Part shown: positions 1 through 9,154 of the stretch, in pieces | Layout: every line of letters begins with the position of its first letter | How positions within the stretch are numbered: the first letter of the stretch is position 1 | From: an uncultured SAR86 cluster bacterium | GTDB taxonomy: Bacteria > Pseudomonadota > Gammaproteobacteria > Magnimaribacterales > D2472 | Direction of reading: 5' to 3' | DNA: 64,000 nt | Assembly: GCA_902558375.1 (NCBI GenBank) | Contig: CACEDQ010000002.1 | Coordinates: forward strand, 14,642 to 78,641 | Notes under the pieces: generated by a model | The model's database searches: none | The model's input: only the letters and a program-made list of their open reading frames with translations | Told to the model about the DNA's origin: nothing | Made by a program: the position numbers and the translations under genes

Positions 1-639
1 TTCAAGAGTAAAATATTGAGCTAACTCTAAAAATTCCATCCACTCTAAAAGTTTTTGTCTATCTGACTCAGGAATACCCAAGATTTCAGACAGAGTATAG
101 ATTGGCAGTTGCTGAGATATTTCTTTAACTAAATTAAATTCATTTAACTTCTCTGCCTCATCCAGTAATTGACTAACTTTCATGGAAACTTTATTTTGTA
201 ATTCATCTACATAGCCCGGCTTGAAAAAAGGCATATGCTCTTTTCTCAAGTTTAGATGCATCTCACCATCAAGATTAAGCATATGATCAATCGTAGATTT
301 AAATAATTTTGGATGTCTATTTTCTTCTGAACCAAGTGTTAATAAGTTACCAGTTGAATATTGTGATGAAAAAATCCTTGGATTCATTGAGACCATCTTT
401 ATATCTTCGTATCTTGTGAGAACCCAATAACCTGGTTCTGGATCACTCAACATTGGGGGGTGAAAAAATACTGGGGCATTTTCTCTAAGCTCTTTATATA
501 AATCAAAAGGTTGGCCTTTTGTAAAAAGATCTAAATCATTAAGAAAATTTGATGGGCTGTGTACAAACTTTTTTTCATAGCTTGGGTCATTAATTTTATT
601 ATTTAAAATCTCAGACGATAGAACGAAACTTTTAGACAT
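1..639 (-). CDS. cytochrome P450 (N-terminal 213 aa; rest of the gene lies beyond the left edge)
   Basis: Minus-strand frame open to the window edge, so absent from the ORF track. ATG is at 639-637 (CAT on the + strand). My translation is MSKSFVLSSEILNNK...GQPFDLYKELRENAPVFFHPP...GYWVLTRYEDIKMVSMNPRIFSS...DGEMHLNLRKEHMPFF. This resembles the N-terminal third of bacterial class-I P450s. The heme-Cys loop would be outside the window. Confidence 0.65.
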   Translation of the reverse strand, partial: MSKSFVLSSEILNNKINDPSYEKKFVHSPSNFLNDLDLFTKGQPFDLYKELRENAPVFFHPPMLSDPEPGYWVLTRYEDIKMVSMNPRIFSSQYSTGNLLTLGSEENRHPKLFKSTIDHMLNLDGEMHLNLRKEHMPFFKPGYVDELQNKVSMKVSQLLDEAEKLNEFNLVKEISQQLPIYTLSEILGIPESDRQKLLEWMEFLELAQYFTLE

Positions 640-740
640 TATGTAAATAGTTTACTATTTTTATCAATTAATTGTTTTAAATTTTTAAAGTCTATATTAA
701 TCTGTTTATTGGAGATAAATAATCAATAAAAATATTTAAC

Positions 741-1958
741 ATGAGTATTGTTAAGGGCTTTTGCGATTCCAAATTTAAAGAAATAGAAGATATTCTAAGA
801 GATTCTATTGAGTGCGGTTATGAGATTGGTGCTTCTGTTGCGGTGTCATATAACAAAGAAATGATAATAGACCTATATGGCGGCTTCAAAGATAAATCTA
901 AAAACAAAGCCTGGGATAAAAATACCATCGTTAATACTTATTCGGTCACAAAGGGTGTTACAGCAATTTGTATTGCTATGCTAATCGATAGAGGTCAACT
1001 TGATGTTAATAAAAAGGTTTCTGATTACTGGCCTGAGTATGGTTGTAATGGCAAAGAGAATACTAAAGTTATAGATTTTTTATGTCACAGGGCTTGCAAC
1101 TTTGGTTTTCACAATGGAGTCCCTTCAGATAGTTGGCAAAACTGGAATCTTTACGCAGACATTCTTGCAAAACAAGAGCCATTTGCAGAACCGGGATCAA
1201 TGCAAGGCTATCATGCTATAACCTATGGATGGCTTGTGGGTGAAATCATTAGAAGGATTGATGGACGTGATGTTGGAACTTATTTTAGAGAAGAGATTGC
1301 TGAGCCATTAAATATAGATTTTAAGATTGGTTTATCAGAAGAGGATTTTGATAATTGTGCTGATATGCAAGTTCTAGAAGACTTTGGCGATAGTAGCCCT
1401 CCTTTTGAAAAAATTAAATATGTCCCAGATATTATGCTGCCTGAAAAGTTAAGAAACTTAAAAAAATCTATGGAAACTGGTCACTTCAAAATAGCTTTTC
1501 AAAAAAGGGCTGGTGACAACAAAGAATACGTCAATTCACCAGATTGGCGTATGGCACAAATTCCATCGGCAAATGGCCATGGTACTTCTGAGGGTCTTGC
1601 CAAGCTATATGGAATTTTAAGCTCAGATTGTAAAGAAAATGGAAATAAAATTATAAATCCTGAGACCCTTAGATATTGTATTCAGCCATACTCATCAGGC
1701 CCTGACACAGTCTTATTCGGTTCTGATATAACCTTCGGTCTTGGATTTGAATTAGCTAGTGAGATGCTTTTAAAGGGTAATTTTTCGCCAAGATTTATGG
1801 GTTCAATGTATGGCCATGCAGGCATAGGCGGAGCTGTGGCATTTGGTGATATTGAAAAAAAGATAGGTTTCTCTTTTTTATGCAACAAAATGCATGATAC
1901 AAAAAACTTATATAAAACTGCGAATCAACTAATTGATGCACTTTATTCAAAAATTTAG
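741..1958 (+). CDS. beta-lactamase-family serine hydrolase (EstB/class-C-like esterase or amidase)
   Basis: 405-aa ORF with an SxxK nucleophile motif (YSVTKGV) about 68 aa from the N-terminus. Length and pattern fit the class-C beta-lactamase/esterase fold. No signal peptide is visible, so a cytoplasmic esterase is more likely than a true beta-lactamase. Confidence 0.8.
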   Translation: MSIVKGFCDSKFKEIEDILRDSIECGYEIGASVAVSYNKEMIIDLYGGFKDKSKNKAWDKNTIVNTYSVTKGVTAICIAMLIDRGQLDVNKKVSDYWPEYGCNGKENTKVIDFLCHRACNFGFHNGVPSDSWQNWNLYADILAKQEPFAEPGSMQGYHAITYGWLVGEIIRRIDGRDVGTYFREEIAEPLNIDFKIGLSEEDFDNCADMQVLEDFGDSSPPFEKIKYVPDIMLPEKLRNLKKSMETGHFKIAFQKRAGDNKEYVNSPDWRMAQIPSANGHGTSEGLAKLYGILSSDCKENGNKIINPETLRYCIQPYSSGPDTVLFGSDITFGLGFELASEMLLKGNFSPRFMGSMYGHAGIGGAVAFGDIEKKIGFSFLCNKMHDTKNLYKTANQLIDALYSKI

Positions 1959-1961
1959 ATT

Positions 1962-2693
1962 TTAACTATTAATAAATTTCTGTCTTTGCCAGGATAAAAT
2001 TGATAAAGGGATTGTAAAAAAATATATTAATGCAAGTACGTTTAGTGTGTGCCAAGGGAAGTTAATCATACTTAAAACTAATCCAGAAAACAGTATCAAA
2101 AAAAGAAGCTTAGACTGAATAAAAAAATCTCTACCTTTTATTGAGAAAGTTGGAATTTTACTTACCAATAAACCACTTATAAGGATAATATATCCAGCAA
2201 CAAAATTAGGGTTTTCATAAGCCCATTCGTACCCAATATATGCATGGGTCAACGGAAGCATGATTAGTATAGCTCCAGCTGGAGTTGGCACACCTGTAAA
2301 AAAATCAATTTTCTGCACTTCTTTAGACTTTGATTTTTCATGAAGAACATTGAAAAGAGCCAACCTAAGGCAAGAAAAGATAATAAAGACTAATGCAGCA
2401 AACGCTCCAATACTGCTTTGATTAAATACTGCCATGTACATTAACAAGCCGGGAGCAATACCAAAACTTAAGAAGTCTGATAAAGAGTCTAATTGAAATC
2501 CAAGATCAGACTCACTATCTAAATGTCTTGCAAGCATACCGTCAAGAGCATCGCAAACGGCAGCAAATAATATGCAAATTATTGCAAAATTAAAGTCTCC
2601 TTCAATTGCGAATCTAATTGAGCTCAATCCAAAGCTTAAACCTGATAGTGTTATTAGATTTGGCAACAGTGATCTTAGATTAATTGTTTTCAT
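1962..2693 (-). CDS. pssA: CDP-diacylglycerol--serine O-phosphatidyltransferase
   Basis: Complete CDP-alcohol phosphatidyltransferase motif DG-x2-AR-x8-G-x3-D-x3-D (DGMLARHLDSESDLGFQLDSLSD). Polytopic membrane protein of 243 aa, immediately downstream of psd. Confidence 0.85.
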   Translation of the reverse strand: MKTINLRSLLPNLITLSGLSFGLSSIRFAIEGDFNFAIICILFAAVCDALDGMLARHLDSESDLGFQLDSLSDFLSFGIAPGLLMYMAVFNQSSIGAFAALVFIIFSCLRLALFNVLHEKSKSKEVQKIDFFTGVPTPAGAILIMLPLTHAYIGYEWAYENPNFVAGYIILISGLLVSKIPTFSIKGRDFFIQSKLLFLILFSGLVLSMINFPWHTLNVLALIYFFTIPLSILSWQRQKFINS

Positions 2694-2697
2694 GATT

Positions 2698-3360
2698 TTA
2701 ACTTAAGATTGCGAGCACGCTTTCTCCGGCTACCACCCTATCACCAACTTTACAATTTACAGTTGCATCCAAGGGCATATAAATGTCGACTCTTGATCCA
2801 AATCTAATTAACCCGTATCTTTCACCTTGATCAAGATGCTGATTATCAGAAACAAAACCCAAAATTCTTCTGGCAATTAATCCAGCAATTTGAACAACTA
2901 CAAGCTGAACGCCATCATTATTTGAAATAACCATACTGCTTCTTTCATTTTTTTCGCTAGCCTTATCTAAGCTGGCATTAAAAAAACTACCTTCTTTGTA
3001 AATAATTTTTTCTATTTTCCCCTCAATAGGACTTCTGTTTATATGAACATTAAAAACATTCATAAATACACAAACGCGAAGCATCTTATTATTTCCAAAC
3101 TGAACTTCTTGAGGAGGTATTGCGTGATCAATCAAGCAGACTTTTCCATCAGCTGAGCTAATAACTGCGTTTGGGTTTTTAGGTGTATCTCTTTTTGGAT
3201 TTCTAAAAAACCATAATGTAAATATTGTTAGTAAATACCCTACAAATGATATTGGCAAATAAACTAAAGATAAAAGATATGATGATATGAAAAAAATAAA
3301 GGCAAACTTCCATCCCTCAGGATGAATATAATATTTTGAGTTAGAGTCTTTGTTTTTCAT
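2698..3360 (-). CDS. psd: phosphatidylserine decarboxylase (short, membrane-anchored type)
   Basis: 220 aa with N-terminal TM segments and a C-terminal FGSRVD self-cleavage-type motif (GS[ST/R]). Adjacent to and co-directional with pssA. Confidence 0.8.
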   Translation of the reverse strand: MKNKDSNSKYYIHPEGWKFAFIFFISSYLLSLVYLPISFVGYLLTIFTLWFFRNPKRDTPKNPNAVISSADGKVCLIDHAIPPQEVQFGNNKMLRVCVFMNVFNVHINRSPIEGKIEKIIYKEGSFFNASLDKASEKNERSSMVISNNDGVQLVVVQIAGLIARRILGFVSDNQHLDQGERYGLIRFGSRVDIYMPLDATVNCKVGDRVVAGESVLAILS

Positions 3361-3434
3361 TTTCTATCAAAAAGTTAATAACTGCTTTATTTTATAAATT
3401 GAGCTATATAAAAGTGGTAAAGTATAGTTTAACT

Positions 3435-4703
3435 ATGCATTTTTTCCAAAATATGATTTCTTCAATTATGAAGAATGGTCTTAGCTTAAGCAGATTTCGT
3501 GCCCAGGGCTTTGGTACTCTTCATAAAGATATAAATCAAGCAACAAACTCTGTTATGCAAACAAGTGGAGAGGTTTCCTCAATTGCATTTGCTGAACATT
3601 TGCTAGATTTAATCGAAGATAAAGACGATGAGGGTTTGATAATATATCTTGAACACTTGCTTACTGAGTATGATGTTGATACAAAAGGTATTGTTAATGC
3701 TGCTAAAGAATATTCAATAAATAAAAATCAACTAAATTTACAGGAACTTACTAATGCTGCTGAGCCAGGATGGATAGAGCTATTTAGAAGATTAAATGCC
3801 ACTCCAAATGGAACTCATAGACTAATAGAGCTAAGGGAAAGAATCAGACTGCTTTTAAAACAAGGCAACGATCAACTTAGGCCTCTTGATGCTGGATTGC
3901 TTAAGCTATTTAAATACTGGTTTAATCCTTCATTTCTTGTATTAGAAAAAGTAGATTGGTCTACACCAGCAAATATTCTTGAAAAAATAATAGAATATGA
4001 GGCTGTTCATCAAATTAATTCATGGAAAGACCTAAGATCCAGATTGGCACCAAGTGATAGACAGTGTTTTGCCTTTTTTCATCCTCTAGTTCCTGAGGAC
4101 CCGCTTATATTTGTTGAAGTTGCTCTTACCAATGAAATACCAACATCAATTCAGAATATTATTAAGATGGATAGAGAAGAAATAAACTTAGACGAAATAA
4201 ATACGGCAGTTTTTTATTCTATATCTAATTGTCAGGATGGTTTATCTGGAATTTCATTTGGTAATTTTTTAATCAAAAAAGTAGCTCATAAGCTTAAACA
4301 AGAAATTCAGGGTCTTAACAGATTTGTTACTCTATCCCCAGTTCCTGGATTAATGAAATGGATGGAAAATAATGCTCCTTTAGTTTATGAAAATTGTTTA
4401 AATAAGGTTCAAGATGATGATAGCCTTATCAAAAAAACAATTACTTATTTAACAGAATCAAATAGAGAAGATCTACTACCAAATGATCCCGTTGCAAGAT
4501 TCCATCTAGGTAACGGAGCAATTTTTCATAAAATAAATCTAAATGCAGATTTATCTTCTAAAGGCATGGAACAGTCTCATGGATTAATGATTAATTATTT
4601 GTATGATTTGGATATTGTTGAAAAAAATCATGAGCAATTCTTTAAAGATAAAGCAGTTATCCTATCAAATGAAATAAAATCTCTTAAAAAAAAATATAGT
4701 TAG
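3435..4703 (+). CDS. malonyl-CoA decarboxylase
   Basis: The FYSISNCQDGLSGISFGNFLIKKV block and overall length match the malonyl-CoA decarboxylase (MCD) family as I recall it. The track ORF starts at a TTG (3399). The first ATG is at 3435, so the start is uncertain (3399, 3435 or 3453). Confidence 0.75.
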   Translation: MHFFQNMISSIMKNGLSLSRFRAQGFGTLHKDINQATNSVMQTSGEVSSIAFAEHLLDLIEDKDDEGLIIYLEHLLTEYDVDTKGIVNAAKEYSINKNQLNLQELTNAAEPGWIELFRRLNATPNGTHRLIELRERIRLLLKQGNDQLRPLDAGLLKLFKYWFNPSFLVLEKVDWSTPANILEKIIEYEAVHQINSWKDLRSRLAPSDRQCFAFFHPLVPEDPLIFVEVALTNEIPTSIQNIIKMDREEINLDEINTAVFYSISNCQDGLSGISFGNFLIKKVAHKLKQEIQGLNRFVTLSPVPGLMKWMENNAPLVYENCLNKVQDDDSLIKKTITYLTESNREDLLPNDPVARFHLGNGAIFHKINLNADLSSKGMEQSHGLMINYLYDLDIVEKNHEQFFKDKAVILSNEIKSLKKKYS

Positions 4704-4704
4704 T

Positions 4705-5658
4705 ATGTCTAAAACCTTGTCGCTTTATCCTCCAATTGAACCATTCAATAGCGGGTACATGGAAAGAGATGGTCATCAAATTTATTATGAGCAATGCGGA
4801 AATCCTGAAGGAAAGCCGGCTGTCTTTCTTCATGGAGGCCCTGGCGGAGGAGGTAGTACTTCTGTAAGAAGATTCTTTAATCCAGAAAAATATCATATTG
4901 TAATATTTGATCAAAGAGGTTGCGGCAGAAGTAAACCCCATGGTTGTCTTGAGAAAAATACTACGTGGCATCTTGTTGAGGACATTGAAGCTCTAAAAAA
5001 CATACTTGGATTTGAAAACTGGCTTGTTTTTGGAGGTTCCTGGGGTAGTACATTATCTCTTGCATATTCTCAAACTTATCCAACATCAGTAAGTGAAATG
5101 GTTCTCAGGGGAATTTTTATGCTGAGAAAAAAAGAGCTTGATTGGTTTTATCAAGAGGGGGCTAGTAATATTTTTCCGGAAGCATGGGAAAAGTTTTTAG
5201 AGCCAATTGATGTCAGTGAAAGAGATGATTTGATGTCTGCTTATCATAAAATTTTTAAAAGTGATGACACAGAAAAAAAATTAGCTGCAGCTATAGCTTG
5301 GTCTAGGTGGGAAGGCTCAACAAGCAGTTTGAGTTATAACCCAGATATGGCTAATAGCTTTTCTAATCCAAGCTTTGCATTAGCCTTTGCTCTAATAGAA
5401 AATCATTATTTCGTAAATAAAGGTTTTTTAGAACATGAGAATCAACTAATTGAATCCGGAATAGATATTATAAGAAATATTCCTACAACAATTATTCAAG
5501 GCAGGTACGATATTGTTTGTCCAATAACCACAGCTTGGGAGCTATCAAAAAATTGGCCAGAATCTAACTTAATAATTGCCCCCTCCTCTGGACACACAGC
5601 ATTTGAGAAAGAAATTACTCATGAGCTAATTAAAGCAACGAATGAATATGCAAAATAA
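4705..5658 (+). CDS. pip: proline iminopeptidase (alpha/beta hydrolase)
   Basis: HGGPGGG oxyanion motif, GGSWGS nucleophile elbow, 317 aa and the N-terminal LYPPIEPF pattern are all typical of prolyl aminopeptidase. Confidence 0.9.
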   Translation: MSKTLSLYPPIEPFNSGYMERDGHQIYYEQCGNPEGKPAVFLHGGPGGGGSTSVRRFFNPEKYHIVIFDQRGCGRSKPHGCLEKNTTWHLVEDIEALKNILGFENWLVFGGSWGSTLSLAYSQTYPTSVSEMVLRGIFMLRKKELDWFYQEGASNIFPEAWEKFLEPIDVSERDDLMSAYHKIFKSDDTEKKLAAAIAWSRWEGSTSSLSYNPDMANSFSNPSFALAFALIENHYFVNKGFLEHENQLIESGIDIIRNIPTTIIQGRYDIVCPITTAWELSKNWPESNLIIAPSSGHTAFEKEITHELIKATNEYAK

Positions 5659-6151
5659 TAATAGTTTATGTTTTATAGGAATGGCTGGTTGTGGAAAATC
5701 AACCATTGGAGAGGCATTATCTTTACAACTAGGTATTGGTTTTATTGATACTGATTTACTAATTGAAAAAAAATTTAAGTCCTCGTTAGAACAAATAAAA
5801 AAAGAAAATGGTTATAAATTCTTAAGGCATGCTGAAGAGGAGGTAATACTGCGTCTTGATAATGATATACAAATTATTTCTACCGGGGGCAGCGCGGTCT
5901 ATTCTGAAAAATCAATGATACATCTTAGCTCTTTTTCTAAAATTATATATATCAATACACCTCTTGATGAAATTAAAAAAAGAATTGGCCAAGGCCAGCA
6001 AAGAGGATTAGCAGCTCCAGTTGGATCAAGCATTGATGATATTTATTTAGAAAGAGAGCCTTTATATTCTAAATGGGCTAACATCACACTAGATGGTAAA
6101 AAACCAGTGGACGAACTTGTCTCAACTATTACTGATTTAATTTATTCCTAA
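5642..6151 (+). CDS. aroK: shikimate kinase family protein
   Basis: Walker A GMAGCGKST, a DTD motif after the P-loop, STGGSAV and 169 aa. Overlaps the pip 3' end by 17 nt (alternative ATG at 5648). Confidence 0.7.
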   Translation: MNMQNNNSLCFIGMAGCGKSTIGEALSLQLGIGFIDTDLLIEKKFKSSLEQIKKENGYKFLRHAEEEVILRLDNDIQIISTGGSAVYSEKSMIHLSSFSKIIYINTPLDEIKKRIGQGQQRGLAAPVGSSIDDIYLEREPLYSKWANITLDGKKPVDELVSTITDLIYS

Positions 6152-6411
6152 AAAGTTTTTCTATTTGTTCTTATCATTTTGCGAATAGCATTGGCTGAGT
6201 TTAGCAACCAGAAAGTAGAAGCAAAGAAAAAATAATATAAACCAGCATATAGCTGAACTATCATTGCAAGAAGACTGCCTGCAGCAACTGCTACCAAGCC
6301 TAATAGTCTCTTGTTATATTTTTTTGAGACAATAAGAGGCGCGGCTATCAATGTGCCAAAAATAACGCTAATGATTTGAATAATCTCAAGGATAGTCATA
6401 CTGATAGACAA
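6148..6411 (-). CDS. small hydrophobic membrane protein, unknown function
   Basis: 87-aa ORF with about 3 predicted TM stretches and a basic C-terminus. No family recognised. Confidence 0.4.
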   Translation of the reverse strand: MSISMTILEIIQIISVIFGTLIAAPLIVSKKYNKRLLGLVAVAAGSLLAMIVQLYAGLYYFFFASTFWLLNSANAIRKMIRTNRKTF

Positions 6412-6537
6412 AAGAAATTATGTCTATGAGTATAAATATCGGAGCATTATGAATATTTTTTTTAAAAAGTAAATATTTATTTGAACTTTTTTGTAAATAA
6501 TTTACTCTATTTATATAAGTACAATCTTGAAATAAAT

Positions 6538-6915
6538 ATGAAAAAAATAATAACCTTTACAATTGCTGTTTCTATGTTCAGTTCTTTATATGCTGATGAT
6601 CATAAAAAAGAAAAAAGAGAACATCCCAATAAGCTTATGAGTGCAAAAGAATGTATGGAAACTAAATCTGGGATTGGTTGGTTTCTTGATGCAGCTGATA
6701 GTGTTTTTGATGATATAAAAAAACACGGGGATTCAAAAGATAAATCATGGAATGATGAAAAGTGGGCTAAAGCTATGGCTTTATCTGCATTAGCTTCAAA
6801 TTATTCTACAGTTTATGATGTATGGTGCAAAGATATGATTAATCATAGAATGAAAATGAGGATGCATGATTCTCATAAAAATCATATGAAAGAAAAGAAG
6901 AAAAAAAAGGACTAA
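6538..6915 (+). CDS. secreted His/Met/Lys-rich protein, unknown function
   Basis: ATG at 6538 gives MKKIITFTIAVSMFSSLYA|DD, a classical signal peptide. The TTG at 6481 used by the track is probably an artefact. The C-terminus is HRMKMRMHDSHKNHMKEKKKKKD. Confidence 0.5.
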   Translation: MKKIITFTIAVSMFSSLYADDHKKEKREHPNKLMSAKECMETKSGIGWFLDAADSVFDDIKKHGDSKDKSWNDEKWAKAMALSALASNYSTVYDVWCKDMINHRMKMRMHDSHKNHMKEKKKKKD

Positions 6916-6918
6916 ATT

Positions 6919-7143
6919 TTAAAATTTACCCCTTTGAAATCTCATTCTTATTGAAAAAACTCTTACTAGAGCAACTATTGTAAGAATAGATTGAGTAAAC
7001 AGTGATATTGTTAACGGGTTTGACCATTGCCAGTTATCAATTGTTAGCCACAACAAAAATGTTTGTAGAGGGAAATTTATTATAGCTCCCATAAACACAA
7101 CAATTACTGCCTCTCTAAAAGCTACTTTTTCTGTCTTATTCAT
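6919..7143 (-). CDS. small membrane protein, unknown function
   Basis: 74-aa ORF with two hydrophobic helices, 8 nt downstream of the YbjQ-family gene on the same strand. Confidence 0.4.
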   Translation of the reverse strand: MNKTEKVAFREAVIVVFMGAIINFPLQTFLLWLTIDNWQWSNPLTISLFTQSILTIVALVRVFSIRMRFQRGKF

Positions 7144-7151
7144 TTTTTTCC

Positions 7152-7508
7152 TTATCTTTTTATTTTTACGCCAGTCCCATAAGCCAATATTTCAGATGCA
7201 CCTTGAGTAATAGTTGAAGTTTGAAATCTAAAACAAACTATCGCATTTGCACCCTTTGCTTTGGCATCATCTAGCATTCTTTGATAGGCCTGATCTCTGG
7301 ATGCTTGCAACAATTTTGAATATCCAACCAGTTCGCCACCAACTAAATTTTTTAAATTAGCAAAAAAATCAGATCCTACATTTCTTGACCTCACTGTGCT
7401 TCCTTGCACTATACCAACATAGTCTGTAATTTCTGCACCATCTATATCATTGGTAGATACAACTAGTAAATCATCTGTAATATGCTCTTCATTTGAATCT
7501 TCTATCAT
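7152..7508 (-). CDS. YbjQ/UPF0145 family protein (putative heavy-metal-binding domain)
   Basis: GIVQGSTVRSRNVGSDFFANLKNLVGGELVGYSKLL...ANAIVCFRFQTS...EILAYGTGV is the characteristic YbjQ-family pattern. 118 aa. Confidence 0.8.
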   Translation of the reverse strand: MIEDSNEEHITDDLLVVSTNDIDGAEITDYVGIVQGSTVRSRNVGSDFFANLKNLVGGELVGYSKLLQASRDQAYQRMLDDAKAKGANAIVCFRFQTSTITQGASEILAYGTGVKIKR

Positions 7509-7544
7509 GACTTTTTTCCTTAAATAGTTTAATTTATAAATATA

Positions 7545-7877
7545 ATGCAGAAATTAGTTGAAGCAAAGTTTTCTATTGGAAATATTGTTAAGCATAAGTT
7601 CTTAAACTTTAGAGGGGTCATTTTTGATTTAGATCCTGAATTTAATAATACTGAAGAATGGTATCAAGCAATACCAAAACAAATAAGACCAGCTAAAGAG
7701 CAACCTTTTTATCATCTGTTTGCTGAGAATGAAGAAATTTTTTACATAGCATATGTTTCAGAGCAAAATTTATTGCTAGATAATTCTAAAAAGCCATGCA
7801 ACCACCCAGGCATCAAAGAAATATTTGAAAATTTTGATGGTGTCAATTATCACCCTTATACAAAAGCAAAAAATTAA
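7545..7877 (+). CDS. hspQ: heat-shock protein HspQ (hemimethylated-DNA-binding YccV family)
   Basis: N-terminal KFSIGNIVKHKFLNFRGVIFDLDPEF...QPFYHLF...YVSEQNL pattern of HspQ/YccV. 110 aa. Confidence 0.8.
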   Translation: MQKLVEAKFSIGNIVKHKFLNFRGVIFDLDPEFNNTEEWYQAIPKQIRPAKEQPFYHLFAENEEIFYIAYVSEQNLLLDNSKKPCNHPGIKEIFENFDGVNYHPYTKAKN

Positions 7878-7878
7878 A

Positions 7879-9081
7879 TTAATCTTGCCTGTGTGCTATT
7901 TGGGCTGCTGTTATAAAAACATCCATTGCCATTTCTAAATCTTTTTCGCTAATGAATGTTGGGGCTATTCTAAGAGTATTATTTTCAGGATCATGCCCGT
8001 AAGGATGTGTAGCACCAGCTGGCGTTAAAAGAACTCCCGCTTCCTCACATAAGTCAACAATTTTTGAGGCAATGGGTTTTTTTGATCTAAACGTAATGAA
8101 ATAACCTCCAGTTGGCTGAGAAAAATCACCAACTTCTTTATCTAGCTTTTCTAGGGCTCTATATACTATTTCAAATTTAGGTCTTACCAATTCAGCATGT
8201 TTTTTCATATGTTCTTTAACAGCATTTAAATCTTTAAAAAATTGGGTATGTCTTTTTTGATTTATCTTATCAGGGCAGATAACCATTGAGCCTCTTATTC
8301 TTTTTATTAAATCTAAATTTTTGTCCGCAGCTGCAATAAATGATAGACCCCCACCACCAAAAGTAACCTTAGAGAACGAAGTTACAACGATTGTTTGATT
8401 TAGAGCTCTACTTTCTTCTGCTAACTTCCATACAGGAGTTTGATTTTTTGTAGGCAAGAAATCATGTACTAAGTAGGCATTATCATAAAGAAATAAGAAC
8501 TCTTCAGAATATTCTTTACCAATTCTAAAAAGCTCTTTTATATTGTCATCACTATAAACTTCTCCAGATGGATTTGAGTGGCGTGGCACACATATTATGC
8601 CAAGAATATTCGCATTGTTGCTGAGCACCTTCGAAAGCTTATCTATATCTACGCCATCATCTATAAGCGGAACCGTTATCATTTCAATTCCAAAATCTTC
8701 TAACATTCTGAAATGTCTATCAAACCCTGGAACAGGGCAAATAAATTTAGGGCTATCAATATCCCTCCAAGGAGTAGGACTATTAAATAAATATTTTGAA
8801 AGAATCATCTGATAAGTAAGCATTAAACTAGATTGCTCTCCAGTGATGACATTTTCAAATGATGCAGCAAGAATTTCTGCACCAAGAGCTCTGGCATCTT
8901 TTGTGCCAAATGGCTCACCATAGTTTCTTAGATCTACATTACCATCGAAGGGCTCAACCTTCATGTCTAAAAGATCATTGGCTAAATCTAATTGAGATGC
9001 GTCGGGCTTCCCTCTAGTGATGTCAATTGATAGGCCCTGGGCTTTGATTTGTTCAAAATAAGTTAAAATATTGTCTGACAT
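7879..9081 (-). CDS. PLP-dependent aminotransferase (class I/II fold, aspartate-aminotransferase-like)
   Basis: 400 aa. SFSKVTFGGGG carries the PLP-lysine context. The N-terminal GLSIDITRGKPDASQLDL block is typical of this aminotransferase subfamily. Confidence 0.75.
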   Translation of the reverse strand: MSDNILTYFEQIKAQGLSIDITRGKPDASQLDLANDLLDMKVEPFDGNVDLRNYGEPFGTKDARALGAEILAASFENVITGEQSSLMLTYQMILSKYLFNSPTPWRDIDSPKFICPVPGFDRHFRMLEDFGIEMITVPLIDDGVDIDKLSKVLSNNANILGIICVPRHSNPSGEVYSDDNIKELFRIGKEYSEEFLFLYDNAYLVHDFLPTKNQTPVWKLAEESRALNQTIVVTSFSKVTFGGGGLSFIAAADKNLDLIKRIRGSMVICPDKINQKRHTQFFKDLNAVKEHMKKHAELVRPKFEIVYRALEKLDKEVGDFSQPTGGYFITFRSKKPIASKIVDLCEEAGVLLTPAGATHPYGHDPENNTLRIAPTFISEKDLEMAMDVFITAAQIAHRQD

Positions 9082-9154
9082 AAGGCGTATTTTATAGGAT
9101 TAAATTGTTAGTGGTATATATTATAAGAATATTTAAATCTTTATTAGAATAAAA

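Noticed and set aside
1682-1888. 68-aa minus-strand ORF inside the beta-lactamase-fold gene. Similar antisense ORFs occur at 8597-8812, 9679-9984, 15003-15302, 19180-19431, 19692-19892, 20127-20312, 20580-20792, 41744-41941, 43657-43860, 46001-46186, 48662-48898, 49088-49345, 51722-51919, 52570-52788, 53077-53295, 62109-62339, 62541-62738 and 62850-63032.
   Set aside because: Each is fully embedded opposite a longer ORF with strong family signatures. They have low-complexity Ser/Leu/Ile-rich composition typical of shadow frames and no RBS or family resemblance.
4684-4971. 95-aa minus-strand ORF spanning the MCD/pip junction.
   Set aside because: It lies antisense to the well-supported pip gene (GGPGGG motif region) and has no recognisable motif, so it is a shadow ORF.
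6891-6915. A8 homopolymer encoding the KKKKK tail of the secreted His/Met-rich protein, considered as a slipped-strand phase-variation site.
   Set aside because: The run is short and lies in the last few codons, so a frameshift would barely change the protein. Similar A/T runs are common in this AT-rich sequence.
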